The translations under genes and the position numbers were made by a program. Shown here one piece after another: positions 60,976 to 64,000 of a DNA stretch of 64,000 nt. The DNA comes from Macrostomum lignano (Eukaryota). Position 1 is the first letter of the stretch, and every line of letters begins with the position of its first letter. Where the stretch lies: positions 372,001 to 436,000 of the forward strand of contig NIVC01000353.1 of the NCBI GenBank assembly GCA_002269645.1, in the 5' to 3' direction. A model generated the notes under the pieces. It did no database searches, was not told the origin of the DNA, and saw only the letters and a program-made list of their open reading frames with translations.

Positions 60976-63900
60976 CACTAGTCGAAAAAATTGCGAAAAA
61001 ATTATAATGATTACAATAATTCTTATATAACGCAATTTCACTGCAAAAATTGCAATACGAATTATAATTTTTCTTATAATTATTGCAATGCTGTTTGCGA
61101 TAATAAAATAGGCACATATTTAACTGACCACTTGACGGGTAACATATCTAATTTTACTTGGTGTTCTATCTTAGGAAGACATGCTATACTACTGCTTTTA
61201 AAGGAGCTTCCTTTACCATGCAATTAGTCCAGGTACAATGCACATTGCAATAATTGCAATGGTTATTAAGTTTAAGTCTTACAATTATTACAATGCATGA
61301 CAAAGTTTAAACTGTTAATCAAATATCTGAAATGTATCGTTGGTTGAATGAACAAAGGTAAAGAAAATCTAGACACATTTTTTTCTGTTGTATAGCTATG
61401 AAAAACGTAGTAAATACATAAATGAGTAGGGACTTGATTGATAGCTTTTCGTTTCTTATACTATGATTGCAGATAATGTTTTGATCCATCTACTATTTTT
61501 TTGCTTTGTGCTATTTCATTTTGTGTTGAAACTCAGGCAGGCATTACAATTATTTCTCTCTCTGCTATTTTCTTCTCGTATTTCAGTGTTTAAAAATGTA
61601 TCACTTTAAGATTTAGGTTTTTTATTGATTAATAAGCCATCTAGTAAGTATTGGACAGGGAAAAAGTCGTAGCAACTTCAGAAAAATGATGTGTTTAGTA
61701 ATTGTATAGAGGCATGCCTGCTTAATGTTGTTTTGTAATGGAAGCACTTACTATGCTAGAAGTAAAGCCATGTTCTGAAGTAAATGTCAAGATGCGGCCT
61801 GTATGTGTGTTATTTATAGCCTTCAGATAAATATTTGTCATGCAGATTTGAGGACATAATAGAAGTAGCTAATTAAAAGAGAAAAATCTACTTTTGGAAG
61901 GGCTAATTTTTTATATGGTATTCTAATCTAGAGTAAGTTTATTTTTTTAATAGCTGGTTGGCAGTGTAATGATAGTATTAGTGGTGTTGCATTTGCATTT
62001 ATAATTTAGCTCGTAAAGCATACTAAGTCTATTTGAATTTGGTAGATGTATCTATATAATATTATTGTATTTTTATATATTTTATAATTATCATCAAGAA
62101 TGTCATGTATGAAAAGCTGCAAGCACTGTATTTATTAGCTTTGTAACACTCTATAGGCCTACCAAATACTATAGCTCTACCAAATATAACTTTCATAGAC
62201 TTAATCTAAGTGAAAAAGTTATAATTGGTCATATTAGAGACAAAAAGATTTTCAATGACTCATGGACCATTGAAATGAATCAAATATTTGCTGACAATTT
62301 AAATTATATTTACAATTTTTGCCTATTTACATTTATATAAAGGCAGAATCAACATGTCTATGTCAATGCTGGTATTGTTTATATTATTCAGAATCAAAGA
62401 AATAGTAGTTTATTTATATTATATAGTATATGTTCATAGATTTTTATATATATATTTGATATTTTGCTTCATTTTTTTAATATTTGATATTCTAATGTAA
62501 AACTTAGACTTAAATAATAAATATAGATTTTATATTTTATATTTTATTTATTTTACATATGTATTATGTTTACATTTATACATTGTACAACATAAAACTA
62601 TTTCTTTTAGTTACTAGGCTGGTCCTGTTCTTTGCTTAAAAACCTAGAGTTTAGCTTAAATAGAAAAAAGGGCTTAGGTTGCATTAACCATTGCTTAGCT
62701 ACTTTTTCTGTGTTCTTTTGTTTCAGTCATATAAGAGATCATACAAGCAGTGCACTCATGAAGAAGACCTATCAAGCGATTATGAAGTTGATGATGATGA
62801 TAATGAGCCATCACCACTAGGCAAAGTTGCTGCATCATTAGAAGAATCTACAGCTGCACTCTACAGCTGTATTGCAAATGAGCAGGGTGAAGAGGAACAG
62901 CAAGCCGTCGACTGTTATGCAGCTTTTTCTACCATTGCAGCTGATGAAATGCTTGAAAGATATTCACCCGAACTAATTTTTTCTGCATTTTTTCTAATTT
63001 ATTCATTAAAATTCAAGCTTTCTGAAGTAGCTACAAATGCCCTTTTAAAGACCCCACCAATAATACTGGCCCAAGGCAGTACTAGACCTACTGGATTTAT
63101 TTCATCTGTTGATCGGATGAAGTCTGTATTTTGTCAGAAATTCCGCAATTTTTCTCAACTATATGAAAAGTACCATGTAAGCAGTGATTCTATTATTTGT
63201 GTCTTTGATTTTGTTGAACAGTTAAAAATTATTATTTCGTGCAATTATGATGCTTTAGTAGCTTACTCCTCTGAATTAAAGTCTGAAAATGGAGACATCC
63301 TCAGTCAAAAGGACCTTGAAAGTATTCCCAATGTATTTGACATCTATATATTATTGTCATGTGATGGAAGTAACCCATACAAGAGGCGCAGATGCTCTTT
63401 GTGGCCTCTACATGGTATCATTTTAAATCTTCCTCCGTCTCTTCGTTCTAGTTTTAGTTGCTCTGTTATTTTTGGCTTTTGGTTCTCTGTCATAAAACCA
63501 AACTGGAATGCCCTTGTATCCAGATCTCTTGGTGGCATCCCATTCGGCGAAGTTCTTGATGTTGAAATCAAAGGAAAGATAGTAAAGTTTCGCCCACTTT
63601 TGTTTGGCTGTGTGTTTGATTTGCCCGCACTTGCAAGTGCATTCAACATAAAGCAATATAACGGTATTTTTGGCTGCCCATTTTGCAAAATTGCAAGTGA
63701 AAAAAGTGGAAAACATGGTGGTCGAATGTATCCCACAAGTCATCTTCCTTTTGAGAGGAAAACATCTGCAGAGTACCGTGAATTTTCAAGGCTTGCGAGC
63801 CATGGTGGTGTTGATATTTTTGGAATCAAAGGTGTCTCTGCATTTGCGACCTATTTTACATTGCCTGATGATTGTTTGCTAGATGGGCTTCATCTTCTGT

Positions 63901-64000
63901 ATGAGAATTGTGCTAAATCATTGTTCACTGCAATATTTGAAGGCGGCCACTCGTGCACATTTTCACTTGGCCGGGCTTCAAAAGAGTATGTGGCTAGTGC
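60976..64000 (+). mobile_element. CACTA/EnSpm (CMC superfamily) DNA transposon, left part
   Basis: Begins CACTAGTCGAAAAAATTGCG directly after the (GATA)n tract. AT-rich subterminal zone with recurrent TTGCAAT/TTACAAT/TTATAAT motifs (60990-61300); transposase ORF downstream. The other end is outside the window. Confidence 0.78.
62727..64000 (+). CDS. CACTA/CMC-type DDE transposase (partial, open to the window end)
   Basis: Stop-free frame of ~424 codons after a tttcag acceptor: ..LSCDGSNPYKRRRCSLWPLHGIILNLPPSLR..CVFDLPALASAFNIKQYNGIFGCPFC..GIKGVS..PDDCLLDGLHLLYE... These are the DG..SLWP..NLPP, DxPA..QYNG.FGC and DxxH motifs of Transposase_21-like proteins. Confidence 0.88.

Noticed and set aside
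63344-63882. Minus-strand and short plus-strand track ORFs within the transposase region
   Set aside because: They are shadow frames of the long plus-strand transposase ORF.

Overview
Eukaryotic (animal) genomic DNA, not prokaryotic. GC-rich exons with Gly/Ala-rich linkers are separated by introns packed with tandem repeats; this style suggests a free-living flatworm such as Macrostomum, which is inference only. Reading splice sites by hand gives four co-oriented minus-strand genes, right to left: (1) the last five coding exons of VPS53 (55711-60716; 5' part outside the window); (2) a complete 4-exon SHQ1 (50073-53254, 446 aa); (3) an intronless orphan single-pass membrane ORF (43833-44408); (4) a MEGF6-like gene (ATG 38246, at least 20 exons, running off the left edge) with signal peptide, EMI domain, EGF/cbEGF repeats and laminin-type EGF repeats. 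MEGF6 has a GC-AG intron, an 18-nt microexon and a 21.5-kb intron holding a 16.4-kb 12-bp satellite with higher-order variant structure. Almost every intron over ~400 bp carries its own private minisatellite. Mobile elements: a CACTA/CMC transposon (CACTA end at 60976, uninterrupted transposase ORF 62727->64000) at the edge of a (GATA)n tract in a VPS53 intron; a tRNA-derived CORE-type SINE; a hAT-like MITE with an 8-bp TSD; and a hAT/Charlie-like MITE family (3 copies) carrying an expandable CT microsatellite. Nearly all long ORFs in the supplied track are translations of repeats. I found no CRISPR array, rRNA or bona fide tRNA, and no single novel system that can be demonstrated from sequence alone. 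The best leads are the repeat and TE architecture. All coordinates and alignments were done by eye; comparisons with human proteins are from memory, not a database search.
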